Assembly (NCBI GenBank): GCA_002269645.1
Contig: NIVC01003144.1
Location: 52,992-116,991 of the forward strand
Reading direction: 5' to 3'
Source: Macrostomum lignano
Taxonomy: Eukaryota
DNA length: 64,000 nt
Position numbers and translations under genes: made by a program. The notes beneath the pieces are model-generated. The model made no database searches. It had not been told where the DNA came from and was given only the letters and a program-made list of their open reading frames with translations. Below, in pieces: positions 14,317 to 25,371 of this stretch (its first letter is position 1; every line of letters begins with the position of its first letter).

Positions 14317-14697
14317 AGGCTGAGATAGGGGAGGGAGATGATGAGGTGAGATAATGGAGATGATGGGGCTGGGAATCTAAGGTAGATGATGAAGCTGAGA
14401 TAGGGGAGGGAGCTGGTGAAGCTGAGATAGGAAAAGGAAGATAATGAAGCTGAGATAGGGGGGGGGGGGGCTGGTGAAGCTGAGATAGAAGAGGGAGCTG
14501 ATGAAGCTTATATAGGGGAGGGAGCTGATGAAGCTGAGATGGGGAAGGGAAGATAATGAAGCTGGGATGAGGGAGGGAGCTGATGAAGCCGAGGGGAAAG
14601 AGCGGATGAAGCTGAGATAGGGGAGGGAGCTGATGAAGCTTATATAGGGGAGGGAGGTGATGAAGCTGAGATAGGGGAGGGAGCTGATAAAGCTGAC
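14317..14697. repeat. ~27-bp purine-rich minisatellite (TGATGAAGCTGAGATAGGGGAGGGAGC), just 3' of the cyclin C stop
   Basis: ~14 degenerate copies. Confidence 0.9.
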
Positions 14698-14833
14698 ATC
14701 AACACTAATAAACAGAGAAATCTAAACAAATTGCATGCGGGTTTATAACGTATAACATCAAAAGAATTCAGCAACAATAAGAACAATAGGCAGGTAATTG
14801 AAAGCAATATGAGCCGCACAACGCCAGCTGACA

Positions 14834-15148
14834 TCAGGCCTGACCGTCGCCGTTATCAGGTACAGTCAGATCCTGCTTCGGCCTGGGCATCTTTTCCATG
14901 ATAGCCGGCATCTGGTTCCGCTCGTCGAAGCCCTTCAACAGCTCGTACAGGTTCAGAAGCAGGCGGACAATCTCCAGCACCTTGTCCAGATCGACAGACA
15001 GTTCCGCGAACCAGGCCTGTGCGTCTTTGCCGCAGACCAGGCAGGCGATGTGGATTCCCGCCAGGGCGATGAGGTAGGGCGGGTAGTGCAGGCAGGCGTC
15101 TGTACGCAGACTGTCGTTGATCACCTTCCAGGCCACGGGGAACACCTC
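14834..15148 (-). CDS. CCNC: Cyclin C coding exon 2
   Basis: gatag|GAGGTG (EVFPVAWKVINDSLRTD...DGQA*); 315 nt. Confidence 0.93.
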   Translation of the reverse strand, partial: EVFPVAWKVINDSLRTDACLHYPPYLIALAGIHIACLVCGKDAQAWFAELSVDLDKVLEIVRLLLNLYELLKGFDERNQMPAIMEKMPRPKQDLTVPDNGDGQA

Positions 15149-16105
15149 CTATCACGGAGTGGGGATGCCAATTTAGTTAATGCATGAGCAGTATGGCTGG
15201 GCTCTGCGACTCTGGGATGCCAGTATGGAGAACTTGTGTGAGTAGTCCCCCAGCAACTGCGGATCTGGGAGGCTGGCCCAGCAACTGAGGATCTGGGAGG
15301 TTGGCCCAGCAACTAAGAATCTGGGAGGCTGGCCCAGCAACTGAGGATCTGGGAGGCTGTAGCCCAGCAACTGAGGATCTGGGAGGCTGGCCCAGCAACT
15401 GAGGATCTGGGAGGTTGACCCAGCAACTGAGGATCTGGGAGGCTGGCCCAGCAACTGAGGATCTGGGAGGCTGACCCAGCAACTGAGGATCTGGGAGGCT
15501 GACCCAGCAACTGGGGATTTGCCGATCTGGACTGGCGGCCCAACCTTACACAAACAACACTAAACAAACAATTGCACCTGACTAAACGAGGAATCCTGAG
15601 TCTGCAGATCCTCAATAAACAGTGCCAGAGATCTGTACGGATGATACACAACTAGAGAGCAGTCAAGCACCTCCAGCAGGAGAAATTCGCACTCCTGAAT
15701 ATTAGTGACATTGTAGGGAAACTCCTGATCGGGCAGCAAGTGATGATGCTTGGACTTTACTATAGACTGGCACATTGCGATTAGGCCTTTGCTAGACAGC
15801 ACGCCGAACTCCTCAACCTTGGAGGCCAAGAACAAGGCAGTGGGGCACAGCAGCCAAGGATCAACGCAGCGTAGCGAGTAGCGAGCATAGAAACGCTTAG
15901 AATAAATAGTAGCCGTAGCAATGACCTGCTGCCTGACAACAAGTTTCTCGCCAATTGCCTGAATAAAATTAGCAAAGAACACCATCAGCTTTTGATACTC
16001 TTCCTCCGTTAGGAATTTCAGATCCTCCGCTCTGTACAAGTCCACATACTGTTTGTCTAGCAGCCATTCCTGATAGTGCGAGCTCTGCCAGAAATTGCCA
16101 GCCAT
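14834..16105 (-). CDS. CCNC: Cyclin C (Mediator CDK8 module cyclin), complete, 2 coding exons, 280 aa
   Basis: join complement(15578..16105,14834..15148). N-terminus MAGNFWQSSHYQEW, cyclin box QQVIATATIYSKRFYARYSL...PTALFLASKVEEFG, CEFLLLEVLDCSLVVYHPYR; exon 2 AWKVINDSLRTDACLHYPPYLIALA. Donor CAG|gtgcaa, acceptor gatag|GAG, phase 0. Confidence 0.96.
15250..15518. repeat. 28-bp minisatellite in the cyclin C intron, same family as 12545-13595
   Basis: ~10 copies of GGCCCAGCAACTGAGGATCTGGGAGGCT, same orientation. Confidence 0.95.
15578..16105 (-). CDS. CCNC: Cyclin C coding exon 1
   Basis: ATG 16105-16103 to ...SSFSQ|gtgcaa; 528 nt. Confidence 0.94.
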
Positions 16106-16339
16106 GCTCACTGCAGCAGTAAGGTTAAAAATAAAAGGTTTTAAAAAGCAATGCTTTTTGGCATGACACATGACAGTGTAAATTCAGAGATGCTATAGCC
16201 CTTAATCAATATTTGCCAAGCACAAAACAAGGCACTCTGAACTATAATAGGCCCACTAGTTACAGTGATAATTTCTTTATATTTATTGTGCAAGTGCTAC
16301 TAATTGATTTTTGTAAGTAATGTGCAATACTTAATAATC

Positions 16340-17070
16340 CAATAATCAATGTCTCAGCAAGTGCAATAATCATTTACTCATCAAATGCAATAATCATTTT
16401 ATCATCTAGTGCAATAATCCTTTACTTATCAAGTGCAATAATCCTTTACTCATCAAGTACAATAATCCATGTCTTATCTAGTGCAATAATTGATGTTTTA
16501 GCAAACTGTGCAATAATCCTATTCTTATCTAGTGCAACAATCCTTTTCTCTTCAAGTGTAGAGGATTATTGCAGGATTAGCAATAATTTTTTCTAATCTA
16601 ATGCACTATTCAACGTCTTAGCAAGTGCAATAATCATTTACTCATCAAATGCAATAATCATTTTATCATCTAGTGCAATAATCATTTTATCATCTAGTGC
16701 AATAATCCTTTACTTATCAAGTGTAATAATCCTTTACTCATCAAGTACAATAATTCATGTCTTATCTAGTGCAATAATTGATGTTTTAGCAGGTGCAACA
16801 ATTCTATTCTTATCTAGTGCCACAATCCTTTTCTCTTCAAGCCTAAAGGATTATTGCAGGATTAGCAATAATTTTTTTCCAATCTAATGCACTAGGCCCT
16901 ATTTGATGTCTTAGCAAGTGCAATAATCATTTTATTGTCTAGTACAATAATCCCTTACTCATGAAGCGTAATAATCATTTACTCATTTAGTACAATAATC
17001 ATTTATTCTTCAATTACAATCATCTATCTTAGCTAATGCAATAATTCCCTTTATATCAAGTGAAATAATC
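16340..17070. repeat. Old, diverged AT-rich tandem repeat (AGTGCAATAATC core) with a larger block duplication
   Basis: The core recurs roughly every 25-30 bp; the blocks containing GGATTATTGCAGGATTAGCAATAATTTT repeat at ~16563 and ~16848. Confidence 0.8.
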
Positions 17071-17486
17071 CTTAAAAAAGCTTTAAAAAATAATTTTATA
17101 ACATCAAGATTTGATCCCAAGTTGCTACATTAGCAGTTTAGTCTGTTTACATCTAGGTAAGCTCTTATTGAATTTTTAAAATGAATTTGTAGAACTTATG
17201 ATTTAATACTTATATCACTAAGACACCAAGTCAATTAAAGTAAAGTCATACAAAGCAGTTATAACATAATCAATTTCTTATGCAAATCAGTACTTGATTA
17301 TTGGTAATATGGTTATGCAATCTAAAGTCTTGTGCTATGCTTCCATATTGCATTTTTAACATGGAGGCAATTCAATTTAATATCAAAATTCAGCTAGCAT
17401 ATAGACAATAAATAAAAAGCCTAGTGATGTGTGATATATGTGTTTCAGAATCAAAATTTAACTAGGCCTAGTTTGTTTTTTCTAAT

Positions 17487-17953
17487 GGCAGTTGTTATTT
17501 TTTCAGTGACCGGATGAATAGTGATGTGGTTATTTGTCTAGATACTAGATGATGGCCATACTTTCCCATTTATCTGGTTAATACCAGACAAAAAGGCTTT
17601 TTATTATTTGATTGGTTAAATTAATAATGCTAAAATATCTATTTTAAAGAAACTACAGGGGTGATTATTTATAGACTTCAAAGACTTCTTACTCGTATCT
17701 TGATTATTATGTTGTTATACTAGCCTAGGGGGCCTAGTGTACGTCTTATATATACCAAATTATGCCAAATTGAATATACTGCTTTCTTATACTTACACTA
17801 ATATACAACAAAGTATTAATCAGTATACATGAAAAGGTCTTAAAAATCTAGAATATTCATCACGAAACAAATAGAAATTTAAACAATTAGCAATTTAACT
17901 GGACAAATAGTAAAAATGTGATTTATCCGATCATCGGACAAATAACAACTGCC
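17487..17953. mobile_element. Mutator-like non-autonomous element (MITE)
   Basis: Imperfect TIRs of ~55 bp starting GGCAGTTGTTATTT (first 14 bp perfect, 27/33 over the first 33 bp); 9-bp flanking duplication TTTTCTAAT (17478-17486) / TTTTCTAAC (17954-17962); AT-rich non-coding interior. Confidence 0.72.
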
Positions 17954-18559
17954 TTTTCTAACATTTTTATAATACATTTTAAGTCAATAAGTCTACTTGA
18001 CCTTTGCAAAAAAGCAAGCTTTTTATATTTAATCTTTTTAGCATTAGGCAATTGTTAGGTCTAGCTATAACACTTTTTTATAGTTATAAAAAATTCTAAT
18101 CAAATGATCAAAGTAAAAATATAGCTTTTAGCCTTTAGTAAATAAATGTTTGAACTTTAAAAAATGGGCCAAAAATTGAGTTTTTCGAATATTTAATCCC
18201 TAAAAAATGAAGCTATTTCTTAGCAAAATTTTGTATACCAGCACACAATCAATATGCATTGAATGCAGAAAACCCCGCAAAATTCCGACCACGCAGTCAA
18301 GTTAAACGAAGTTTCCTATAGATAGGTACATAGTTTTGATTTTTAGTATATTAGAAATAAGCCTATTAGTATTATTATGTTTAAAGTTTAAGACTTTAAA
18401 TTTATTAATAAAGTTTACAAATTGCATTAGTGATGACCTTTTTTAATTTTTACCTTGGCAAGTTCCTCTGGCTTCTTATACTATGTGACCTATTAGTATT
18501 ACTATACTATATAATGCTGTTTATAAGATATACACAGTTCAAAGACTTAGGCCTATATA

Positions 18560-19524
18560 CTTCGGGTGTGTCAAAAGTTATGTCACTGATGTGAAAACAG
18601 ACGAACTTGCAATCACAGATGAACAAAACTGTACCACTCAACAACATAGAGTCCCCCAATATCAATCACCCTCTGGCAGTGCTCATACAGCTTGTCCACC
18701 TCAGCCTGCAGGTGTTTTTCCTCCAACTGCCATAACCAGTGCAACACAGCCTGTTTTACCTCTTCATGATTTGCAAAACTCTTCTTGGAAAAGTCAGCCT
18801 TTAGCCATTTGAACAGAAATCTGTCGCACAAGTTGAGGTCCGGGCTGTAGGGACTCTGTCAGAGCAGATTCACTCGCCATGCAGGTAGAAAATCCAAAAC
18901 AGGCTTACAGGTGTGCGACCGTGCAGTGTCCACCTGCCACAGAACCTCGTCCAGGAGACATGGATTTGACCAAAGAGTGCGCCAAAGGACCCCAGTACGC
19001 CGGGCAAAAGCGGATAAAAACTACTGACAATTGAACTTGACGTTTGACCCTCAATGAGACATCTTTGTTTGGCGTAAAGGCCACTAGCAGCATGGTCTTC
19101 TTGTCCGAGACGGACCTCGTGGTCACGGTCGGCAGCAGACCCCAGCTCCCAGCCAGCAGCCATTGTCTGCCTTGCTGCCCTTGCCATCCAGGTGGAGCCA
19201 GCTTTCATCCTCAGCAACCAGGCAGTTTAGGATGTCATTCAAGCCCTGGCTGCTGAACACCTTGCGGATCTGCTAGGTGCAAGTGTCTTGTCAAGATTCA
19301 TGATGATTTTTGTTCGCTGCATAGACAAGTTTTCATTGCGTTGCACTTGCTAAATCTGCTTGGCGTATTCTTGCAATAGCTTGGGCCATAAACAACCTAT
19401 GCACGTCTCAATGCACTGGTATTGCTTCACTAAGTATTCTTTGCAGCTACACTACCCACAAGTCCATGTGCCTACATATTTTAGACAGAGGCCTGCAGTG
19501 ACATCACTTATGACACACCCGAAG
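18560..19524 (-). mobile_element. Decayed, internally shortened mariner (Tc1/mariner superfamily) DNA transposon
   Basis: 29-bp TIRs CTTCGGGTGTGTCAAAAGTTATGTCACTG (18560-18588) and the inverse at 19496-19524 (2 mismatches), flanked by TA. Minus-strand remnant PYSPDLNLCDRFLFKWLK matches the mariner YSPDLAPxD motif. The transposase is broken by stops and frameshifts; ~965 bp. Confidence 0.88.
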
Positions 19525-21699
19525 TATTAAGTATTAAGTAGGCTTAATCATAATGCTTTAGAGTTTAGTAAAATTGTTTTGGATCATTTGTTGAAAATTT
19601 TATGTCCAAATAATTTTACATGGGAAACTAGGACATTAGGCCTATTAACATTTATATAGGGCATAGGCTAAATAGTAAGGCAAAAAAGACAACATGTAAC
19701 TATGTAAGCATAGCAAACTGATTTTTGCTATGGTCTAACTATGAATATGATAGCATATAGGCCTATACCTAGCCTAGTTGTACAATTTGCTGGAATAATA
19801 TTATAGAATATCAATGTTATTGATTGATTTTGTCTAGACAACTCAAAAAATAGAAATAGGCCTATATATAGGCCTAATACTAATAGATTTAATACTGGCA
19901 GCATCTTACATTAGAACCAAGATTGCAAGAACCAGGCCCTTAAGACTAGAACTATATAAATAGGGCCTAGGCTATAGGCTGGACCTACCCCTAGACCTAT
20001 TTTTTAATTAGGCTAGCTAATCTACATGTAGTGTAGTATAGCGATAGGCGTAGCTGCTGCCTATTATGCTAGATACCTTCTTCGTAATTACACAGTTATT
20101 AAAAAATCAAGTACACCTTACGAAGACTAAAAGCCTACTACTAAAGCTCTGAATTAGCCACTATCATAATGATAAAGCTAGGTAGCTAGTGATTGTATCA
20201 ACTGATACTGATAGGGACGTATCCATATACTAAAAATTTATAATCTATAGACGAACTTGGATTTGATTACTTTCATTTTTTTGTAGACTGTTACTCATAA
20301 CACCGGAAAATCATAAATCATTCATATATTGTTTAATGCCAAGAGTGCCTATATAGCCCATTGTGAACATAAAAAAACACATAAGAGTTAACTAAAACAA
20401 GACCAAATGTTAGTATCAGCTAGTTTTTTAATGCATTTTTGTTTATCTTCACCTTGTTCAAATTTTTTTGACTTGTAAAATCTGATTGAAAAGATTTCAT
20501 CTGAGCAATATGAGCCTAATGCCTAATCCATGGATCTAATCGCGGGCTGTGAGTTGCATGAAGCAGTGTTTATTCATGCAATAAGATTGAATGGAATCGG
20601 AGTGGAAGCTTACATGTATTTATGAGAAACAGTATTACATGTATGTAGACGCTAGTTTTTCAAATTTGGCATACAGTATTGTCGTCGGTCACCTGGTATA
20701 CTATTGTGCTGTTTTAACGAAGTTGCGATCCCCAACTAATAAGAACTGAACTCACTAGCAAAGCTAGACGGAATTAATCGATGGTTGAATCGATGGGGCT
20801 CCAATCATGCATCTTAACCATATCGTGAAAATGAATGCCTTCAGGTTTTCTACCTGTAATACATAGTACATGTACAAGTCAAGTCCCTGGTACTATAATA
20901 GTACATGTACACTTGAGGCTTATTCACGCTTTTATCAAAGGAGCCACCAAATCCCTCGACCGATGTACAAATGAGTCAAATTAGGTCTTATTTGATGGTG
21001 TGAAACAGCCTTAATTAGCAACATTTTTTAGTTTAATTCCAGCCCGAATCCAGTGATCAACAAGTGGCAGCTTTAATCCAACTTAATTTATATAGCCACA
21101 GCTAACTCTCCTCTCTCCTCACCAGCCCTTATTGTGTGACGCAAATTGCACCACCAACCCTGGCTTGAACTGCATGTTTCAATTATAATTAAATTCGTGA
21201 TTTTGTGTATGAGTGTATCGCATTGAATGGGAAAGCTGCACAGTATGTACATGTACATGTATGGGAAAAGCAGAATAAAGTTTGAGGTGTTTTTTCTTTG
21301 AGCCGAGAATTTGAGCCGAGGCACTAATACGAGTACGACTAAAATGAACTAAAAAGTTTCACTCGTCAAAAGCTCCTATCTTTTTATTTACTTTTTATTC
21401 AATGTGAGATGAGGAAAGGAATTACCGAAGGCCAACATTACTTTTTCCAGGAATCGGTGGCATCAGCGCTTTTCCCCAGGTAGTCAAATAATCGCATTTA
21501 AATTTCCTGAAAGGTTGGAATTGTGTCATTATTTGCACGTATATAAATAAAAATAAAGCTGTATATCTTTCGTTTGTTTTTGAGCTTACGTCGGCGCCCA
21601 AAATGTTTTCAATAAGAGTAAAATACAAAAAGCGCTGTATTTTAACCAAACAGCGTATTTATTGATTAAAATGATTGACCAATTCAGTGTCAAAAAGTT

Positions 21700-21830
21700 C
21701 GGGGTTAGGTTCGGGGTCGGGTCAAATTTTGGTACCAGGTTCGGGGTTCGGGGTTCGGGGCTCGGTGTAGGGGTACCCTACAAAAGTTGCCTACCCTACC
21801 CTAAAATTGCCGATCCCAACACCCCTACTG
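21700..21830 (-). mobile_element. Possible single end of a hAT-type non-autonomous element
   Basis: Minus strand reads TAGGGGTGTTGGGATCGGC... followed by subterminal CCCCGAA/ACCCTA short repeats; no partner TIR found. Confidence 0.3.
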
Positions 21831-22956
21831 AGATATGAGACAAGTTGACCACTTCTCTGGTTTTTGGGTTGAAGCTTTAACATGTTGCCGAGTGTGTCAC
21901 AAAATTAGTGCACATACTCAACCATCCAATATAACCTGATCATCTCGTCTATTTTAATTAAGGAATAAAGGGCCTCGTTAAGGATAACTAGTAAATTATC
22001 ACTTAGGGATCCATAAGGAAAGTGCATGTGTTAAAGTCACGGACTACTATAAGTGTGTCGTTCATATCGTCTACTTTAGTAGTCCGTAGTAAGAGTTAGC
22101 ATACGAGCGAGATAGACAGCTATTACGAGGGCTATGCTGAAAATCTTTAGTCACTCAAAACGGTAATACCCTAGAGCAATCAAAAGCTACACTTTTTCAA
22201 AATACTCTCCCGCAGCGACCCGAATGCAAGAGTGCATTCGCGCGACCCCCTTTCACGAAGCAGTCCTGGAATCGGATTCGAACCACCGTCCCCTGAGCCG
22301 CTCTTTGAATTTCGGGAAGAGCCAGAAGTCACAGGGAGCAAAATCAGTCTGTTAGCAATCAATGCGAAAGATGCAAGACGAAGACTGTAGATTGACATGC
22401 TGCAGTCGTCTATGCCCATTAGGTGCCAAACGTTGTTAGTACATAAAAATCAATTTAAACAATTTCAAAGCTTCGAATATAAACGAGATCTTTTCCAGCA
22501 AGCATCAATAGATGATTTAACTTTGAGAAATTCAACTCTATCTACAGTAGTGACCCAATTGAGTGAGCATAAAAGATACCGACTCAGTGCTGTACACGGT
22601 ACACAAAATTGTTGCTTGTTAGCTAAACTTATGAAATATCTGAGAAAGCTGACAGAATTAAAGGCGGGTGCGCGATGTGCACCCCCTATACCAAAACCAA
22701 TTGTGGAAGACTTGGGCGCTAGCCAATCAAATTAGGCCACACCACCCCCCACACAGCTTAGTCTTGTCGGCACTGGCGAGGCACCCACTTCATGTGAGAC
22801 GCCGGGCCCCCCCATGGTCAGTGTAGAATAAAAACTAAAAAATTGCAGCATAAATTCGCCATGACTGCTGTCGTGGGCTTTTAATACAAAACTAGACCAG
22901 CTGACACTTAACACAGCGCCACCTATTATTAATTCAACAAACCTGCTTGATAAGCC

Positions 22957-23157
22957 ATGATCGTCACTTCCAACTCCGCCTTCGGAATGGTGCAGCTGGC
23001 CTCGCCTGGTAGCCGACCTGCGGCGGCAGCAGCGGCGGCGGCGCCTTTGATCTACTGCGCCGGCTCGGCCGCACTGCCAGTAGCGGGCGTCGCTACCGTT
23101 AGACGCCTACCGCTGACATCAATGCCGCCACCTCCGCCGCCTCCTCCAGCAATTACC

Positions 23158-23194
<37 letters not shown>

Positions 23195-23443
23195 CGCCGA
23201 AGTCTCATCATCCTCGGAGCCTCCTTCAGCAGCACCAGAGCCATGCACCAGAGGGCACCGTGTTGGTCCATTCGGCCACCGACTCAGCCTACGCGTCGCA
23301 CTATGCGTCAAGGTACGGCTCCGCCCTGCCCTCTGGTTCGGCCAGCAGGTCCTGCTCACCCGTGAGGCCAGTTAACAAGCGACCAATGCCTCCACAGTCT
23401 CAGTTACCGAGCACGAATCTTAATCATCAGACGAAAGTTTCAG
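22957..23443 (+). CDS. CCCH gene exon 1 (Ala/Pro/Gln-rich)
   Basis: ataag|ccATG ... TCAG|gttaga; 487 nt, phase 1. Confidence 0.72.
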
Positions 23444-25371
23444 GTTAGAAATTTGCTGCTTGGAAATCGTAAATAAATCCATGATTTTTTTTTAATCGAA
23501 AGGGGAAATAACAAGTATTAGTAATAGACTAATAGTCCTTAAATACGAGACTATTTCTTGGAAAATCGGTTACACTTGTTAGCACCTGTTTTGCAAAAAA
23601 AATTAATTGTTTATCATTGGCACTTTCAGGCCGTCCTGCCACCTCTGACTCTTGCTACGCCTCGCGCGCCACTTCGGCGCTGCACAGCCGTGCCCCATCA
23701 CCTACAGCTTGTGCGCGGGCAAGACTCGCTTCTACAACGGTATCCAATGTCGCTTCCGGAGTGGATTCCGCAGGCGCTTCCGCTGCAGCATCCGCAGTTC
23801 AGTCACGACGGGCCTCGCGAGCTGCCTCTCCATCCAAGTGAGCATTTTGTGGTCACGACAGAAGGGGTCACGACAGAAGGGGTCACGACAGAAGGGGTCA
23901 CGACAGAAGGGGTCACGACAGAAGGGGTCACGACAGAAGGGGTCACGACAGAAGGGGTCACGACAGAAGGGGTCACGACAGAAGGGGTCACGACAGAAGG
24001 GGTCACGACAGAAGGGGTCACGACAGAAGGGGTCACGACAGAAGGGTTCACGACAGAAGGGGTCACGACAGAAGGGGTCACGACAGAAGGGGTCACGACA
24101 GAAGGGGTCACGACAGAAGGGGTCACGACAGAAGGGGTCACGACAGAAGGGGAAGGGGTCACGACAGAAGGGGTCACGACAGAAGGGGTCACGACAGAAG
24201 GGGTCACGACAGAAGGGGTCACGACAGAAGGGGTCACGACAGAAGGGGTCACGACAGAAGGGGTCACGACAGAAGGGGTCACGACAGAAGGGGTCACGAC
24301 AGAAGGGTTCACGACAGAAGGGGTCACGACAGAAGGGGTCACGACAGAAGGGGTCACGACAAAAGGAATCACGACAGAATACTCTACTTGACTTCTCTCG
24401 ACGCAGGTCAGCCGCTCAGCAACAGCGGAATTCTCCCTACGCCGTCGTTCTTCCGCGTGGCCAGACCCGCCTGCTAGACGAGACCGCCGCAGCGCATCTG
24501 TGCCGGCGCAGCCTCCAGGAAGAGCTGGACAGTGCGGTCCGCTGGCTAGGCGCTCTAGACTGGAGCAGCGCGGCCGCATTCGAGGCCGCATCGGACGAGG
24601 CCGCCGTCATGGAGGACGAATTTCGCAGCAGCTACGATCGCGAGCCGCCGCCCGTGACCGCCGACTCCTCTAGCAGCGGCGTCAAGCAGCGCGAAGAGGC
24701 CGAGAGTCGGATTGTCCTGGCTGACACGCTGCTGTCTATGGTCGAAGCCGCCTGGTCAGACAGCGAGGACGGCGACGAGTTGCGGATTGGCAGCCGGACT
24801 GTACAGGTAAGAAAAGTGTGGTCGACGTGCAGCATGCAGACTTTATCGAGATACAGCGCTCGATTTTCTAAGAAATGAGCTGGAGGCCAATAAAGACTGC
24901 TAGTGTATTTAGTAGGTCGTATGCTATACTAAAAAACGCCAATTTTGGGAAATAAAAATCCGAGTGCAATACTAGAATACGACGAATATACGCTATTTTT
25001 CCGGCTTGCAGCTCATTTCTAAGAAAACCGAGAGTAGCGTCCCACTTCAGTTGTCCATGCGCAAGTATTCTAAGTACTATAAAAGATGCTGGCTTGGTCT
25101 GTTCAATTTCTTACAGGCCCAGCAGCGTTGCAGCAAGCCGAAGAAGGAGGACGCGATTTACAACGTGCGCTACAAGACGCTGCCCTGTCTGCACTGGCAG
25201 AAGAACCGCAACTGTCCAGCGGGCGATCACTGCCACTTCGCGCACGGCCCGCAGGAGCTGCGCCAACCGCATCGGCATCCCAAATTCAAGACGCAGATCT
25301 GCCAGAACTACAAACGCACTGGCAGCTGCGTGTTCGGCAGCCGGTGCTTTTTCAAGCACTCCGACGAGTGA
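22957..25371 (+). CDS. TTP/TIS11 (ZFP36)-family tandem CCCH zinc-finger protein, divergent, 4 exons, 449 aa
   Basis: join(22957..23443,23630..23837,24407..24806,25117..25371), phases 1,2,0 consistent. Last exon RYKTLP-C-x8-C-x5-C-x3-H, 18-aa linker GPQELRQPHRHPKFKTQI, C-x8-C-x5-C-x3-H: the exact TIS11 spacing. The N-terminus is low-complexity (poly-A/P/Q), so the start codon is less certain. Confidence 0.85.
23630..23837 (+). CDS. CCCH gene exon 2 (Ser/Ala-rich)
   Basis: actttcag|GCCGT ... TCCAA|gtgagc; 208 nt. Confidence 0.75.
23852..24380. repeat. 15-bp minisatellite (GAAGGGGTCACGACA) filling intron 2 of the CCCH gene
   Basis: ~35 near-perfect copies inside intron 23838-24406. Confidence 0.97.
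24407..24806 (+). CDS. CCCH gene exon 3
   Basis: cgacgcag|GTCAGCC ... GTACAG|gtaaga; 400 nt, GC-rich codons. Confidence 0.8.
25117..25371 (+). CDS. CCCH gene exon 4 (tandem zinc-finger domain)
   Basis: ttcttacag|GCCCAG ... two CCCH fingers ... GAGTGA. Confidence 0.92.
   Translation, partial: AQQRCSKPKKEDAIYNVRYKTLPCLHWQKNRNCPAGDHCHFAHGPQELRQPHRHPKFKTQICQNYKRTGSCVFGSRCFFKHSDE

Noticed and set aside
19890-19914. miR-8/200-like words TAATACTG and CATCTTAC
   Set aside because: The arms are in the wrong order, adjacent, and form no hairpin.
20917-21010. Possible tiny Harbinger-type MITE
   Set aside because: TIRs match only 10/13 and the flanking triplets differ (TGA/TTA).
23558-24878. VTTEG (mucin-like) and GSRQK repeat ORFs
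   Set aside because: The array lies in a GT-AG intron (23838-24406); retention gives a stop at AAG TGA immediately in the exon 2 frame.
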